A stretch of 64,000 nt of DNA from Polyangiaceae bacterium (GCA_035548415.1 DASZTA010000046.1:27480-91479), one strand, 5' to 3'. Positions 28,698 through 40,063 are shown, numbered from the stretch's first letter. The notes: generated by a model not told the origin, from the letters alone. Numbers and translations are program-made.

Positions 28698-29252
28698 TTA
28701 CAGCAACTGACCGGTGCGATCGGCGTCGATGTAGCCGCTTTGGCGAGGGCTCGCCACGTACACCCTGAGTCGGACGTCGTCGCTCTCGGGCAGCGCGCGC
28801 CGGATCAAAACGAGCTCCACCGCGCCGTTGTCGGCGTCGACACGGCGCACGGCTTCGCGCGCGAGCTCCGGTATGGCGTCGAGCTTCACGTCCGCCAAGT
28901 CGAACAGGTTCTCGGCGAGCTGCCCCTTGCCGCGCAGCACGGCTTGTTCCGGCTCGCTGACCTTGCCGTCGCGGTAACGCAGCTCCACCACGGCGCCAGG
29001 CGTGCTCGAGTCTTCGGCCTGCAGTAGCAGCTCGGTCGGTCGAATCTCGAGGCGTAGCAGCTTGCCGCTCGCTTTGGCGCGCAGCTGCGCGAGCGCGGCC
29101 GAAAGGCGTTCGCGCGTGAGCAGCGAGGGCCCGCTCATCGCCTGGCTGGCACTCGCGACTGCCTCACTACGGCTGTGTCGAGCCTTTTCGCCTTGCTGAT
29201 CGCAGCCGAGCAGCGTGAGCGCCACGAGCGCCAGGCAAAGCGGCTTCTTCAC
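28698..29252 (-). CDS. Hypothetical lipoprotein
   Basis: GTG start overlapping the dapE stop (GTGA); lipobox LLGC. Confidence 0.75.
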   Translation of the reverse strand: MKKPLCLALVALTLLGCDQQGEKARHSRSEAVASASQAMSGPSLLTRERLSAALAQLRAKASGKLLRLEIRPTELLLQAEDSSTPGAVVELRYRDGKVSEPEQAVLRGKGQLAENLFDLADVKLDAIPELAREAVRRVDADNGAVELVLIRRALPESDDVRLRVYVASPRQSGYIDADRTGQLL

Positions 29253-30316
29253 GTGAATGCGCCTCCGATGCGCTCGAGCCAGCGCGTGAGCACCACGAGA
29301 CCCACGTCCAGCTGCGGCAATAGCGTCCATTCGTTCTTCTGGTGGGCTTGGGCTTGCACGCCGGGCCCAAAGTTCACTGCCGGAATGCCGAGCTGAGCGA
29401 AGCGCGCCACGTCGGTCCACGCTTGCTTGGGCTCGACACCCAGCACGCCGCTCTCGGCCAGCGCGGCGACGAGCGGGTGGTGGCGGAGCGGCGGAGCCGA
29501 GGGCGAGATGTCGACGAAATCCACGTCGGCTTCACCCCCAACGACGTTCAGCACGTTTTGCCGGGCGCCTTCCACGCTCGTGCCAGGGCCGAAGCGGTGG
29601 TTCAAGTTCAGCTCGAACACGTCGGGAATGACGTTACGGGCGCGGCCGCCGCTGGCCAGGGTCGCGCTGATCACGTTCTTCCACGTCAGCCCGTCTTGCT
29701 CGTCAGTAATCGGCTCGAGCTGGCCCAGGCGCGCCAAGAGTGCGGCCGCCTTGTGGATCGCGTTTTCACCTTGCCAAGGCCGGGCGCTGTGCGCAGTGCG
29801 GCCGCGAAAGCGCACGTCGGCGTGGATCGAGCCGCCGCAGCCGAGCTGTAGTTTGTTGTCGCTCGGCTCGAGCATGACCGCGATCTCTGTCTCGAGCAGC
29901 TCGCGATCGGCCTCGAGCACGACGCCCAGCTCGTTCTCCGCATAGGGTCCCTCTTCGCGGGCATAGAAGACCAGCGTCAAGTCGACGCGCGGTACGCTCG
30001 CGGCTTCGGCCAGCGCCAGCATGAGCGCGAGCCCGCTTTTCATGTCGGCGGCACCGGGCGCGTACAGCCGCTCGCCCTCGATGCGAGGGGCACCCTCGTG
30101 CTCCGTGCGCACCACGTCGAAATGGCCACCCAGCACCACGCGCGGCCCGCCGCTGCCGCGCCGCACCGGCACCACGATCGAGTCGCCGTAGCGACGAATC
30201 GGGGCGGCCAGCGCACGGCGCGACAGTCGCTGCTGCACGGCATCGCAGAGCGCCTTCTCCTCGCCGATCAGCGAGGGGATCTGGCACAGCCAGAGCAGGT
30301 CTTCTGCGAGGCTCAT
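29249..30316 (-). CDS. dapE: Succinyl-diaminopimelate desuccinylase (M20 family)
   Basis: GHFDVV, GAADMKSG, REE, HSARPWQGENAIHK, AWTDVA, NFGPG..AH; directly downstream of dapD. Confidence 0.92.
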   Translation of the reverse strand: MSLAEDLLWLCQIPSLIGEEKALCDAVQQRLSRRALAAPIRRYGDSIVVPVRRGSGGPRVVLGGHFDVVRTEHEGAPRIEGERLYAPGAADMKSGLALMLALAEAASVPRVDLTLVFYAREEGPYAENELGVVLEADRELLETEIAVMLEPSDNKLQLGCGGSIHADVRFRGRTAHSARPWQGENAIHKAAALLARLGQLEPITDEQDGLTWKNVISATLASGGRARNVIPDVFELNLNHRFGPGTSVEGARQNVLNVVGGEADVDFVDISPSAPPLRHHPLVAALAESGVLGVEPKQAWTDVARFAQLGIPAVNFGPGVQAQAHQKNEWTLLPQLDVGLVVLTRWLERIGGAFT

Positions 30317-30324
30317 GCGCTAGC

Positions 30325-31149
30325 TCAGACGGACACGCCGAAGTCGCGCAGCGCGGTATTCAGGCTGGTTTTCTTGTCGGTGCTCTCTTTGCGTTGCCCG
30401 ATGATCAGCGCGCACGGGATCTGGAATTCTCCGGCCGGGAACTTGCGCGCGCGCGTGCCTGGGATCACCACGCTGCGCGCCGGAATGCGCCCGCGAATTT
30501 CGACCGGCTCGGGGCCGGTCACGTCGAGAATCAGGGTCGAGGCCGTGAGCGCCACACCGGCGCCGATCACCGCTTCACGCTCGATCAGCATGCCTTCTAC
30601 GATGATCGCGCGCGAGCCGATGAAGCAGCCGTCTTCGATGATGACGGGCTGCGCGCCCGGCGGCTCGAGCACACCGCCGATGCCGACGCCGCCCGAGAGG
30701 TGACAATCCTTGCCGACCTGCGCGCACGAGCCGACCGTCGCCCAGGTGTCGACCATCGTACCGGCGCCCACGTAAGCGCCGATGTTCACGTAGCCCGGCA
30801 TCACGATCGCGCCCTTTTCGACGAAGGAGCCGTAGCGCACCGTGCCCGGTGGCACCACGCGTACGCCGAACTCGTCCAGGTTCTTCTTCAGCGGGATCTT
30901 GTCGTAAAATTCGAACGGGCCGACCGACATTTTCTCCATCGGCACGACCGCGAAGTAGAGCAGCACGGCTTGCTTGATCCAAGCGTGGGTCGTCCACTTG
31001 CCGGGGGCGTCACAGGTGGCCACGCGCAGCTTGCCTTGATCCAGCAGCGCAATCGTATCCAGCACGGCTTGCTTGGTCGCCGCGTCGGCGAGCAAGCTGC
31101 GGTCGGCGAAGGCGGCTTCGACCTTCGACCTGAGCTCGGTATGTTCCAT
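30325..31149 (-). CDS. dapD: 2,3,4,5-tetrahydropyridine-2,6-dicarboxylate N-succinyltransferase
   Basis: FYDKIPLK, VRVVPPG, MVDTWATVGSCAQ, LSGGVGIGGVLEP, KTSLN. Confidence 0.97.
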   Translation of the reverse strand: MEHTELRSKVEAAFADRSLLADAATKQAVLDTIALLDQGKLRVATCDAPGKWTTHAWIKQAVLLYFAVVPMEKMSVGPFEFYDKIPLKKNLDEFGVRVVPPGTVRYGSFVEKGAIVMPGYVNIGAYVGAGTMVDTWATVGSCAQVGKDCHLSGGVGIGGVLEPPGAQPVIIEDGCFIGSRAIIVEGMLIEREAVIGAGVALTASTLILDVTGPEPVEIRGRIPARSVVIPGTRARKFPAGEFQIPCALIIGQRKESTDKKTSLNTALRDFGVSV

Positions 31150-31187
31150 GCCGCCTGTTAACCAGGGTTTTGGGCCGCAGCAAGACC

Positions 31188-32075
31188 TCAGCCGACTTCG
31201 CCAGCCATGCGTCCCGGGAAGGCTTTGCTGAAGGTCAGCGAGAAGCGGCTGGCGGCCGCGTCGAACTCCACGGCGGCGCCGCTCGCGCGCGCGGCGGCCG
31301 CCACGCAGGGCAGGGTGGGGCCGATCAGGCCGCGCCGCAGCAGCATCAAGTCTTCACCCTGGGCGTCCGGCTGGCGCTCGATCGAGATGTAACAGCCGTT
31401 TTCGGCGGTGGCGCTCACGCGGATATGGGGCACCTGCGTGACGTCTCGCGGGTTCGTCACGAGCTCCACGCCCAGCGTGATGAGCGCGGTGAAGGTGCGC
31501 GGGTTGACCTCGATCTCGAGCTCCTGGATGTCACTGCTGAGGGTTGCGACGAGGGTTTCGCGCGGCCAGCTGCCGCCGCTGGGGGGCCCGCTGAAGCTCT
31601 GCCGCGCCAGGTCGAGCACGTCCAGTCGCATCGGGCGACCGGTGATCGCGTCGCCGAGCAAGTCGAACAGGCCGCGCGCGGTGTCGAGCTCGTGCGAGAG
31701 GCGTGTCACGCACTCCTCCAGCGACAGTCGCATCTTGACGCTGAGCGGCCTTTCCGACGCTTCGGTCAGCGCGGTTTCGAGCTCACGCACGCGCGGCTCG
31801 ACGTAGGCGTTCAGGCTGTCAGCGGCGATGGTTTCGCCCAGCGAGCTGCGCACGGCCGCCAGAATCTCTCCGCTGGCGTGGCGCAGCGGATCGCAGGCTT
31901 CGCGCGCTGCCGGCAGTACATTGCTGAGGGGACGTGTCCCCACGCGCAGCGAATGCAGCAGCTGCGCCAGGTTGCGCAGGCCACCCAAGCTCTCGCGCAA
32001 GCTGCCACGCTCGATGTCCAGCGCGGCGGTGCCGCGCACGAACGCGTGCGACGAGGGCGGGTGTCCGCTCTTCAT
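31188..32075 (-). CDS. Hypothetical protein, possibly degenerate histidine-kinase fold
   Basis: Helical N-terminus plus a C-terminal alpha/beta region ending like HATPase_c, but without recognisable N/G boxes. Confidence 0.65.
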   Translation of the reverse strand: MKSGHPPSSHAFVRGTAALDIERGSLRESLGGLRNLAQLLHSLRVGTRPLSNVLPAAREACDPLRHASGEILAAVRSSLGETIAADSLNAYVEPRVRELETALTEASERPLSVKMRLSLEECVTRLSHELDTARGLFDLLGDAITGRPMRLDVLDLARQSFSGPPSGGSWPRETLVATLSSDIQELEIEVNPRTFTALITLGVELVTNPRDVTQVPHIRVSATAENGCYISIERQPDAQGEDLMLLRRGLIGPTLPCVAAAARASGAAVEFDAAASRFSLTFSKAFPGRMAGEVG

Positions 32076-32166
32076 GACCTCGGGGGCAGTCTAACAGTCA
32101 CGCCCCCCGAGCGCGAACCGGCTCGTGATTCGGGCCGTTTTGTCGCGCCCGAGCGTTAGCTCACGA

Positions 32167-32586
32167 TCAGCCGAGCTCGGAGCCGGCGAAGTAGTACGCG
32201 CACTCGATGCGACCATTCTCGACAGAGTCGGAACCGTGCACCGCGTTCTCACCCAAGCTCGCGCCGTACAGCTTGCGGATCGTACCCGCTTCCGCCTTGG
32301 CCGGATCCGTCGCACCGATGACCTTGCGCCAATGAGCCACCGCGTTGTCGCGCTCGAGCGCAACGAGCACGACCGGCCCGCGCGTCATGAATTCGCACAA
32401 ATCCTTGAAGAAAGGCCGCTCGCGGTGCACCGCGTAGAAGCCTTCGGCTTCACGCAGCGACAGTTGCGCCTGGCGCATCGCCAGCACCTTGAAGCCCTCC
32501 TCGAGGACGTGTTGGAGGATGGCTCCGGACTTTCGCTTCTCGACGGCGTCCGGCTTGATGATGCAGAGGGTTCGCTCGATGGCCAT
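32167..32586 (-). CDS. ndk: Nucleoside diphosphate kinase
   Basis: MAIERTLCIIKPDA, GATDP, GTIR, catalytic NAVHGSDS. Confidence 0.98.
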   Translation of the reverse strand: MAIERTLCIIKPDAVEKRKSGAILQHVLEEGFKVLAMRQAQLSLREAEGFYAVHRERPFFKDLCEFMTRGPVVLVALERDNAVAHWRKVIGATDPAKAEAGTIRKLYGASLGENAVHGSDSVENGRIECAYYFAGSELG

Positions 32587-32677
32587 GGGCGTTTTTCCGC
32601 CCGCGCTCTTAGCACAGCTCACCGAGCTTGCCGTGAATGTGGCAAGCACTGCGCGGATGAGCAGTGTTTTGAGAAAT

Positions 32678-34117
32678 TCAGCTCAGCCTCGAGCGGCGGC
32701 GGCGGACGGCGACGAGCAGCACGCTACCGAGTAACCAGCCGAGCGTGGACGGCAGCGGGGCGCCGATCGCCGCGACGCTACAACCCCTGCCTTCGTGTGA
32801 GCCGCTGTCGTCTTGGCTGCCGTCGTCCAGCGGCGTGACGTCGCCTCCGCTACCGGCAGTCGGGTTCGCGGTACCGGCGCTCGCATTGCCGGCGCCGCCC
32901 GTCGGGTTGCCGCTGCCGCCGGTACCGTTGCCAGCCATCGGCATGCTCGAGGTGCCGGCGGTCGTCGACGTCGTGCCGGCGGTGTTGTTGCCCGTGCCAC
33001 CGCTGCCGTCGTGAACGGGCGCCGTACAGCCGAGCTGGGCGCAGGCGCCCGCGACGTCGAGCTTGATCAGCGCTTGCGACGCCGCCTCTGCCTTCGGATC
33101 GTTCGCCTTACGCTTGTCGAAGAGCAGCCGTACGATTTCGAGCTCCTGTTGGCCGTAGCTCACCCCGAGCAGCTGCTGCAGCTTCACCAGGTACTTGTAG
33201 CCGAGCTCGTTGCTCGGCTCGATCATCGTGCCTTCGGTGTAGTCGTTCCACGTGGCGATCTGCAGGGCGGTGCCGACGCCCTTGGCGAGGTTCCACGTCG
33301 CCGTGAACGTGTCGCCCTCGGCGTCGTACGGGATGCTCCAGCCGGGCGCGCCGTTGGGGTAGGCGGCGTTGAAGCCGGGGTACAGCACCGGGACCTTCGT
33401 GCCCTGGTCCGGGCGGTCGTAGTAGTTGCGCACGCCCATGAGCCCGTCCGAGTAGAGCCAGGCGAACGTGCCGTCGCGCGCGGGGCCTGCGCCCATGTTG
33501 TACCAGAGCGAAAAGAACGACGGGTCCGTGCCGGTCTCAGCCAGCACGCCGGCCCAATCGCCGGCCGCGATCTTTTGCGGCCCGAACACGAACAGCGCCG
33601 GGGCATTGTTGATCTTGATGTGGTTCGGCTTGTTGAAATAGTGGTCGCGGACCCAGTGCATCGAGTTCTTGGCGTCGTTTACGTCACCCGCGTACTGGTC
33701 CTCGAAGCAGACGGCGAACTCCATGCCGAACTTCGCCGTCTGGTCGATGATCTGATCCGTATTCTCGGCGTTGGCGGGCAGATCGTTGAACATGGTGCTG
33801 CGCCCGGGCCAGTCGATGATCACGCCGTCGATGCCGGCGTACTTCATCAGCAAGAGCTGATACTCGATCACCTTGTAGTCACCCGAGTGGTACGGCCCGA
33901 TTTGCGGGTTGTAGTGGCGGCCCACCATGTCCCAATGAAAACCGGGCGTCTCGAACCACGGCATCAGGTGCACGTAGATCTTGCGCGACTCTGTCTTGGC
34001 GATCGCTTGTTGCGCGCTGCCGAGCGCTTCTGGTTGTTCGACGGGCGTTAGCGTGCACGCGCTGCTGAGCAGCAATGGAACGAGACCGCACGTCGCGAAA
34101 AGGCGCTCGAGCTTCAT
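32678..34117 (-). CDS. GH99/GH71-like glycoside hydrolase with MYXO-CTERM anchor
   Basis: VHLMPWF, MKYAGIDGVIIDW, QIATWNDYTEGTMIEP; G/T/S linker; tail GCSVAA...LGWLLGSVLLVAVRRRR. Confidence 0.85.
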   Translation of the reverse strand: MKLERLFATCGLVPLLLSSACTLTPVEQPEALGSAQQAIAKTESRKIYVHLMPWFETPGFHWDMVGRHYNPQIGPYHSGDYKVIEYQLLLMKYAGIDGVIIDWPGRSTMFNDLPANAENTDQIIDQTAKFGMEFAVCFEDQYAGDVNDAKNSMHWVRDHYFNKPNHIKINNAPALFVFGPQKIAAGDWAGVLAETGTDPSFFSLWYNMGAGPARDGTFAWLYSDGLMGVRNYYDRPDQGTKVPVLYPGFNAAYPNGAPGWSIPYDAEGDTFTATWNLAKGVGTALQIATWNDYTEGTMIEPSNELGYKYLVKLQQLLGVSYGQQELEIVRLLFDKRKANDPKAEAASQALIKLDVAGACAQLGCTAPVHDGSGGTGNNTAGTTSTTAGTSSMPMAGNGTGGSGNPTGGAGNASAGTANPTAGSGGDVTPLDDGSQDDSGSHEGRGCSVAAIGAPLPSTLGWLLGSVLLVAVRRRRSRLS

Positions 34118-34327
34118 GAGTTGTGCTCTAGCTATGTCATGTCGTCGCGCATCACTCCAGGAGTGATGTTTGTGCTGCAAGTGTGTGCCACGGATACAAC
34201 GCGCCTCGGTAAATTACGTTCTTTGACCGAGCGCAATCAGCGTGCGTGCGTGTGCGCCGAAGATGGCAGGAAAATAGCGGCAAACGCGCGCCTGGCGTCG
34301 CCCATTTCGCAGGCGCCGTCTGCGGGG

Positions 34328-34912
34328 GTGGCAGGTAGGTCGCGGCAGCAGTGGTGGTGGCGTCGATCGCTCGCGCTCGTTGCCGCGGCTGTGTGTGCAG
34401 CGCGCACAGCGGCGGCAGAAGAGAGCACCGACGTGACGGTGAGCTCGAGCTCACCACGGCAAGCGTCGCCCGACGCTTCGGGTGAAGTCGTTGTCGTTGG
34501 GCAACGTCGCGCAACCGGTCAAGGCTTAGCGGCGGCGGAGGCGGTGTCTGAGGCACCACGTCGCACCGTAGGTTCGTCAAATCGTGTGGGCACGGGTCAC
34601 TCTTGCTGGAGCTCGTCGCGTGTGACCCGCCGAGTGCGTGCGCCACTGCGAGGCGGACTATCGCGGCGCGCCGCCCGACGGCTGCGACGCGAGCCGGCGT
34701 GCGCTCGACGACTGCTGGCGCAAGGTCCAGACTGCGGCGCCGTCCTCGGCGACTGCGAATACTCCTGCCAGCATCAGGACCAGGCCTGCGCCAGCATCAA
34801 CTTGGGCTACGGAGCCTGCCTGCTCGACTACCGCGTCGAATGCCGCGGAGACGCAGAGCCAACTACGGCGATCCCTCCGTCGGCGTCTTGGCTTCCACCG
34901 CCGCGACGATGA
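34328..34912 (+). pseudogene. Secreted Cys-rich protein carrying three single-base deletions (pseudogene or sequencing artefact)
   Basis: Signal-like N-terminus; the Cys-rich sequence moves through all three frames between 34608 and 34728 and returns to the original frame. Confidence 0.55.
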
Positions 34913-35486
34913 CGTTGACGAGGTCGGCGATGAAGAGCTCGCGCGAGATGTCGATGCCGTTTCCGGTGAAGCGCAGGTAGTCCCCGATCGAGCCATAGAG
35001 CAAGCCGGTCAGGCGCGTGCCGCGCACGGCAACGAACATAGGCGGGAGCGGGGGGCCGAAGTCTGCGACGCGCTTGGCGGCCGCGTGCGCGGTGGGCGTC
35101 GTCGCGACCCGCATACCCATGAGCGGGAACGAGCGGCTCGCCACGAGCTCGGCGCAAAGCTCGAGGTAGCAGCGACCGTTGTCGACATCGTCGATCTTGG
35201 CGACCATCGGACGAACGATGAGCTCCACCAAGCGCGGCAGCTCGAGCTTGCGCTCCGGATCGCGGTCGAACGCGGCTTGCCATGCTTCCTGGATCGGGAT
35301 CGAGTGCCGTTCGAGGATGGCCTCGATGAGCTCGCGCTTACTGCCGAAGTGGTAAGTGGCGGCGGACACATTGCGTTGTCCCGCTGCCACTGCGATCTCG
35401 CGCAGCGACACGCGGTCCACGCCCTGTTGCGCAAATAGTTGCTCCGCAGCTCGCATCAAGGCGAGCCGCGTATCGACGCGCGGCAA
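34863..35486 (-). CDS. TetR/AcrR family transcriptional regulator
   Basis: TTG start 35486 with AGGAG RBS; AAEQLFAQQGVDRVSLREIAVAAG..ATYHFGSKRELIEAI. Confidence 0.92.
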   Translation of the reverse strand: MPRVDTRLALMRAAEQLFAQQGVDRVSLREIAVAAGQRNVSAATYHFGSKRELIEAILERHSIPIQEAWQAAFDRDPERKLELPRLVELIVRPMVAKIDDVDNGRCYLELCAELVASRSFPLMGMRVATTPTAHAAAKRVADFGPPLPPMFVAVRGTRLTGLLYGSIGDYLRFTGNGIDISRELFIADLVNVIVAAVEAKTPTEGSP

Positions 35487-35536
35487 ATCCAGACTCCTAG
35501 TTAAGGCGGGTGACTTGATGTCTCGCTGACGACGAG

Positions 35537-35580
35537 ACAAAACAGAAAGCCCCAGGGAGATCGCATTTCCCTGGGGCTTC
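35537..35580 (-). terminator. Intrinsic terminator after sucD
   Basis: 12-bp stem AAGCCCCAGGGA/TCCCTGGGGCTT followed on the minus strand by TCTGTTTTGT. Confidence 0.85.
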
Positions 35581-35598
35581 GGCAAGCTTTGCGAGACT

Positions 35599-36492
<894 letters not shown>

Positions 36493-36511
36493 GTTCTAAG
36501 TCCTTGGTCCT

Positions 36512-37711
36512 TCAGGCGGCCTTGGTCGCAGCGACGATCTTCTTGGCGCCGTCGGCCATGCTGTCCGCCGCTTGGATGGCGAGACCGCTCTCGGACAGGA
36601 TCTTCTTGCCGAGCTCCACGTTCGTGCCCTCTAGCCGGACGACCAGCGGCACCTTGAGGCCGAGCTCGCGCGTGGCCGCGACCACGCCTTCGGCGATCAC
36701 GTCGCACTTCATGATGCCGCCGAAGATGTTTACGAAGATTCCTTTCACCTTCGGGCTCTTCAGGATCATGGTGAAGGCCTTGGTGACCTGATCCTTGGTG
36801 GCGCCGCCGCCCACGTCCAAGAAGTTGGCGGGGCTACCCCCGTGGTGCTTGATGATGTCCATGGTGGCCATGGCCAGGCCAGCGCCGTTCACCAGGCAGC
36901 CGATGTCGCCGTCGAGCGACACGTAGCTGAGCCCGGCGTCCTTTGCCTCGAGCTCGACCGGATCCTCTTCGTCTTTATCGAGCAGGCTGTCCCACTCTTT
37001 GTGGCGGCCGGCAGCGTTGTCGTCGAAGTTGATCTTCGAGTCGCCCGCGATCACCTTGCCTTGCTTGGTGATGATCAGCGGATTGACCTCGCACAGCGAG
37101 CAGTCTTCCTTCTCGAACAACGTGGCCAGTTGGGTGACGAGCTTCACGAACTCGGCCACGGTCGCCTTGGGATCGGGCGTGCCCTTGCCGACTTGCAGCT
37201 GATAGGCCAGCTTGCGTGCCTGGTAACCGCCGAGCCCGGTGACGGGATCGACGAACTCGATCAGGATCTTTTCCGGCGTTTCTTCTGCCACCTTCTCGAT
37301 TTCGACGCCGCCTTCGGTCGAGGCCATCACCGCGATCTTGCGGGTTTCGCGATCGACGACCAGACCCAGGTACAGCTCGCGCGCAATGTCGATGCCTTGC
37401 TCGACGTACAGCCGCTTCACCTTTTGGCCTTCGGGGCCGGTCTGGTGAGTGACGAGCTGCATGCCGAGGATCTTGGAAGCGACCTCGCGCGCCGCCTTGG
37501 CGCCATCCTTCACGACCTTGACGCCGCCGCCCTTACCGCGGCCGCCGGCGTGAATTTGCGCCTTGACCACGACCACCGGGCCGCCGGTCTCGGCGATGAT
37601 CTTCTCCGCTGCTTTCTCGGCATCGTCGACCGTGAAGCAGGCGATGCCCTTCGGCACGGCGACGCCGTACTTCGCGAAGAGCTGCTTGCCTTGATACTCG
37701 TGGATCTTCAT
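36512..37711 (-). CDS. sucC: Succinyl-CoA synthetase beta subunit
   Basis: [61 protein letters not shown]. Confidence 0.98.
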   Translation of the reverse strand: MKIHEYQGKQLFAKYGVAVPKGIACFTVDDAEKAAEKIIAETGGPVVVVKAQIHAGGRGKGGGVKVVKDGAKAAREVASKILGMQLVTHQTGPEGQKVKRLYVEQGIDIARELYLGLVVDRETRKIAVMASTEGGVEIEKVAEETPEKILIEFVDPVTGLGGYQARKLAYQLQVGKGTPDPKATVAEFVKLVTQLATLFEKEDCSLCEVNPLIITKQGKVIAGDSKINFDDNAAGRHKEWDSLLDKDEEDPVELEAKDAGLSYVSLDGDIGCLVNGAGLAMATMDIIKHHGGSPANFLDVGGGATKDQVTKAFTMILKSPKVKGIFVNIFGGIMKCDVIAEGVVAATRELGLKVPLVVRLEGTNVELGKKILSESGLAIQAADSMADGAKKIVAATKAA

Positions 37712-37716
37712 CGGGC

Positions 37717-38655
37717 TTAGGCCTTGGCTTTCACGATGTCGACGACCTTCTGCACGCTGTCGGCGCTCTTCTTGAGCATCTCTTGCTCTTCCGCCGAGAG
37801 CTCGATCTTGACGATCTTCTCGACGCCGCCGGCGCCGATCACCACCGGCACGCCCAGGTACAGGTCCTTATAGCCGTACTCGCCGTCGAGGTAGGCGGCG
37901 GCCGGGAGCAGGCGCTTTTGGTCGAGCAAGTAAGCCTCGGCCATCACCACCGCGCTGTAGGCGGGCGCGTAGTAGGCGCTCGTGCCCATCAGGTTCACGA
38001 TCTCTCCGCCGCCCTTACGGGTGCGGTCGACCATCGCGGCCAGCTTGTCGGCGGCGATCAGCTGCTTTACGGGCACGCCGTTGATGGTGCAGTAACCGAG
38101 CGCGGGCACCATGTCGTCGCCGTGGCCACCGAGCACCATCGCGCGCACGTCCTTGATGCTGGCGCCGGCCTCGCGCGCCAGGAACAGCGAGAAGCGCGCG
38201 CTGTCGAGCACGCCGGCCATACCGACGACCTTCTCGCGCGGGGCACCCGTGCGGCGCTTGTACTCGTACACCATGGCGTCGAGCGGGTTCGAGATGACGA
38301 TGACGAACGCGTTCGGGCAGTATTTCTTCGCGTTGTCGGCGACGTTCTGGATGATCGGCAGGTTCACGCCGACGAGGTCGTCGCGCGACTGACCCGGCTT
38401 GCGCGGAATGCCCGCGGTGATGATCAGTACGTCCGAGCCCGCGAGGTCTTCCCAGTTCGCCGAGCCCGTGACCTTTGCGTCAGCGCCCGAGCACGCCGAG
38501 GATTGCTCGAGGTCGAGCGCCTTGCCCTTGGCGAAGTTCTCCTTGGCCGGGATGTCGAACAGCACGACGTCACCGAGCTGCTTTTGCAGACACAGGTTCG
38601 CCAGCTCACCACCGATGTTGCCCGCACCAATCAGACCAATCTTTTTTCTGCCCAT
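37717..38655 (-). CDS. mdh: Malate dehydrogenase (LDH-like)
   Basis: GGAG RBS before ATG 38655; [43 protein letters not shown]. Confidence 0.97.
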   Translation of the reverse strand: MGRKKIGLIGAGNIGGELANLCLQKQLGDVVLFDIPAKENFAKGKALDLEQSSACSGADAKVTGSANWEDLAGSDVLIITAGIPRKPGQSRDDLVGVNLPIIQNVADNAKKYCPNAFVIVISNPLDAMVYEYKRRTGAPREKVVGMAGVLDSARFSLFLAREAGASIKDVRAMVLGGHGDDMVPALGYCTINGVPVKQLIAADKLAAMVDRTRKGGGEIVNLMGTSAYYAPAYSAVVMAEAYLLDQKRLLPAAAYLDGEYGYKDLYLGVPVVIGAGGVEKIVKIELSAEEQEMLKKSADSVQKVVDIVKAKA

Positions 38656-38800
38656 GTTCAATACTCCGGCACCGAAATTCTGGAAAAACCCGGAGTAGTC
38701 CAGCATTTGCCCCCCGGCAACTGTGCTCGCACCAGCACAGTCAGCAGGCCGTAAGCTGGCTACGTCCGCGCGGCTCGCCCTTCGGAAACTTTCGGGAAAC

Positions 38801-39961
38801 TTAGCCCCAAGCGGCTGTGGGGAAAGGTCGGCCTGGGCGCGCGAACAAGAAGCCCTGGAGCAGGTCGCAGCCGAGACTGACGACGCAGTCGCGCTCAGCG
38901 AGGGTCTCGATGCCCTCGGCGACGACCAAAAAGCCCATGTCTTTGCAAAGCGCTGTCATTGACGCGACGAGCTTTTGCTTCACCGGGCTCTGGTCGATGT
39001 CGCGCAAGAGCGAGACGTCGAGCTTGACGATCTCGGGCTCGAGCAGGGCAAAGCTGCTGAGGCCTGCGTAGCCGGCGCCCAGGTCGTCGACCGCGATGCG
39101 GAAGCCGCGCTGACGCAGCTCGTGCACGCGCCGCTCGACATCGTCGATTTCTTCGATGGCGGCGCGCTCGGTCACCTCGAGGATGACGCGCGAGGCGAGT
39201 CGCGAGAGCGGCGATGCGGCGTCGAACAGTTGCTCGTCGGCTAGGTCCGCCGGGTGCAGGTTGAGGAATAGGCACGCTTCTGTAGGAGCGTTCTGCATGG
39301 CCGCGGACGCCAATTCACGCACGCGCCGCCCGAGCCGCGGTAAGGCGTGTAGGCGCTCGGCCGCGTCGACCACGAGCGGCGGGCGAATCAGCGTCGGCTC
39401 TTCAGTGCGCAGGAGCGCCTCGTAGCCGAACACGCTGCCGTCCGAAGCGCGCAAGATGGGTTGAAACGCCAGCCACATGGACCCGAGCGCCGAGTCGAAG
39501 CTCGCCTCGAGCCCCGCGCGATCGGCCGAGACGGCGTTGGCGCCGAGCAGCTTGAGCGCCTCGCGCTTCATGCGCGCCAGCCGGTAGAGCTTGCGTGCGC
39601 GCTCTACCGCGGTCGTGAGCACCTCGGTCTCGAAGGGTTTGACGATGTACTTGAAGGCGCCGTACTCGACCGCATCTGTCGCGCTTTCGAGCGCGGGCAA
39701 GCCGGTGACCAGCACCACCGGTAAATCGGCGTCGTAGGCGCGGATGGTGCGCAGCAGCTCGACCCCCGTCATCTGCGGCATGGTGATGTCACTGACCACG
39801 ACGTGCACGCCTCCAGCCGCGATGCGGTTGACGGCTTCGCGCGGGGACGTGAACGCTTCCACCACGAAGCCGGAGGCGCGTAGCATGCGCTCGAAGGCAC
39901 GCAGCGCTTCTGGCTCGTCATCGACGAGCAGGACCGTGCCTGACCGCCCAGACGCCGGCAT
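38801..39961 (-). CDS. Response regulator with EAL (c-di-GMP phosphodiesterase) domain
   Basis: REC (VLLVDDE, VVSDITMP, VTG, KPF) plus EAL motifs YEAL, FLN, EVTE, IAVDDLG, KLD, AEGIE, LQG. Confidence 0.93.
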   Translation of the reverse strand: MPASGRSGTVLLVDDEPEALRAFERMLRASGFVVEAFTSPREAVNRIAAGGVHVVVSDITMPQMTGVELLRTIRAYDADLPVVLVTGLPALESATDAVEYGAFKYIVKPFETEVLTTAVERARKLYRLARMKREALKLLGANAVSADRAGLEASFDSALGSMWLAFQPILRASDGSVFGYEALLRTEEPTLIRPPLVVDAAERLHALPRLGRRVRELASAAMQNAPTEACLFLNLHPADLADEQLFDAASPLSRLASRVILEVTERAAIEEIDDVERRVHELRQRGFRIAVDDLGAGYAGLSSFALLEPEIVKLDVSLLRDIDQSPVKQKLVASMTALCKDMGFLVVAEGIETLAERDCVVSLGCDLLQGFLFARPGRPFPTAAWG

Positions 39962-40063
39962 CTGCTCGACCGTCACGGCAAGGACGGTAGCGCAGCTCGT
40001 GCGGCGTGCACACCTTCTCGTCAATTGGGGCAAAAGTGCTTGCCATGCGCTAGAGTGCGGCAC

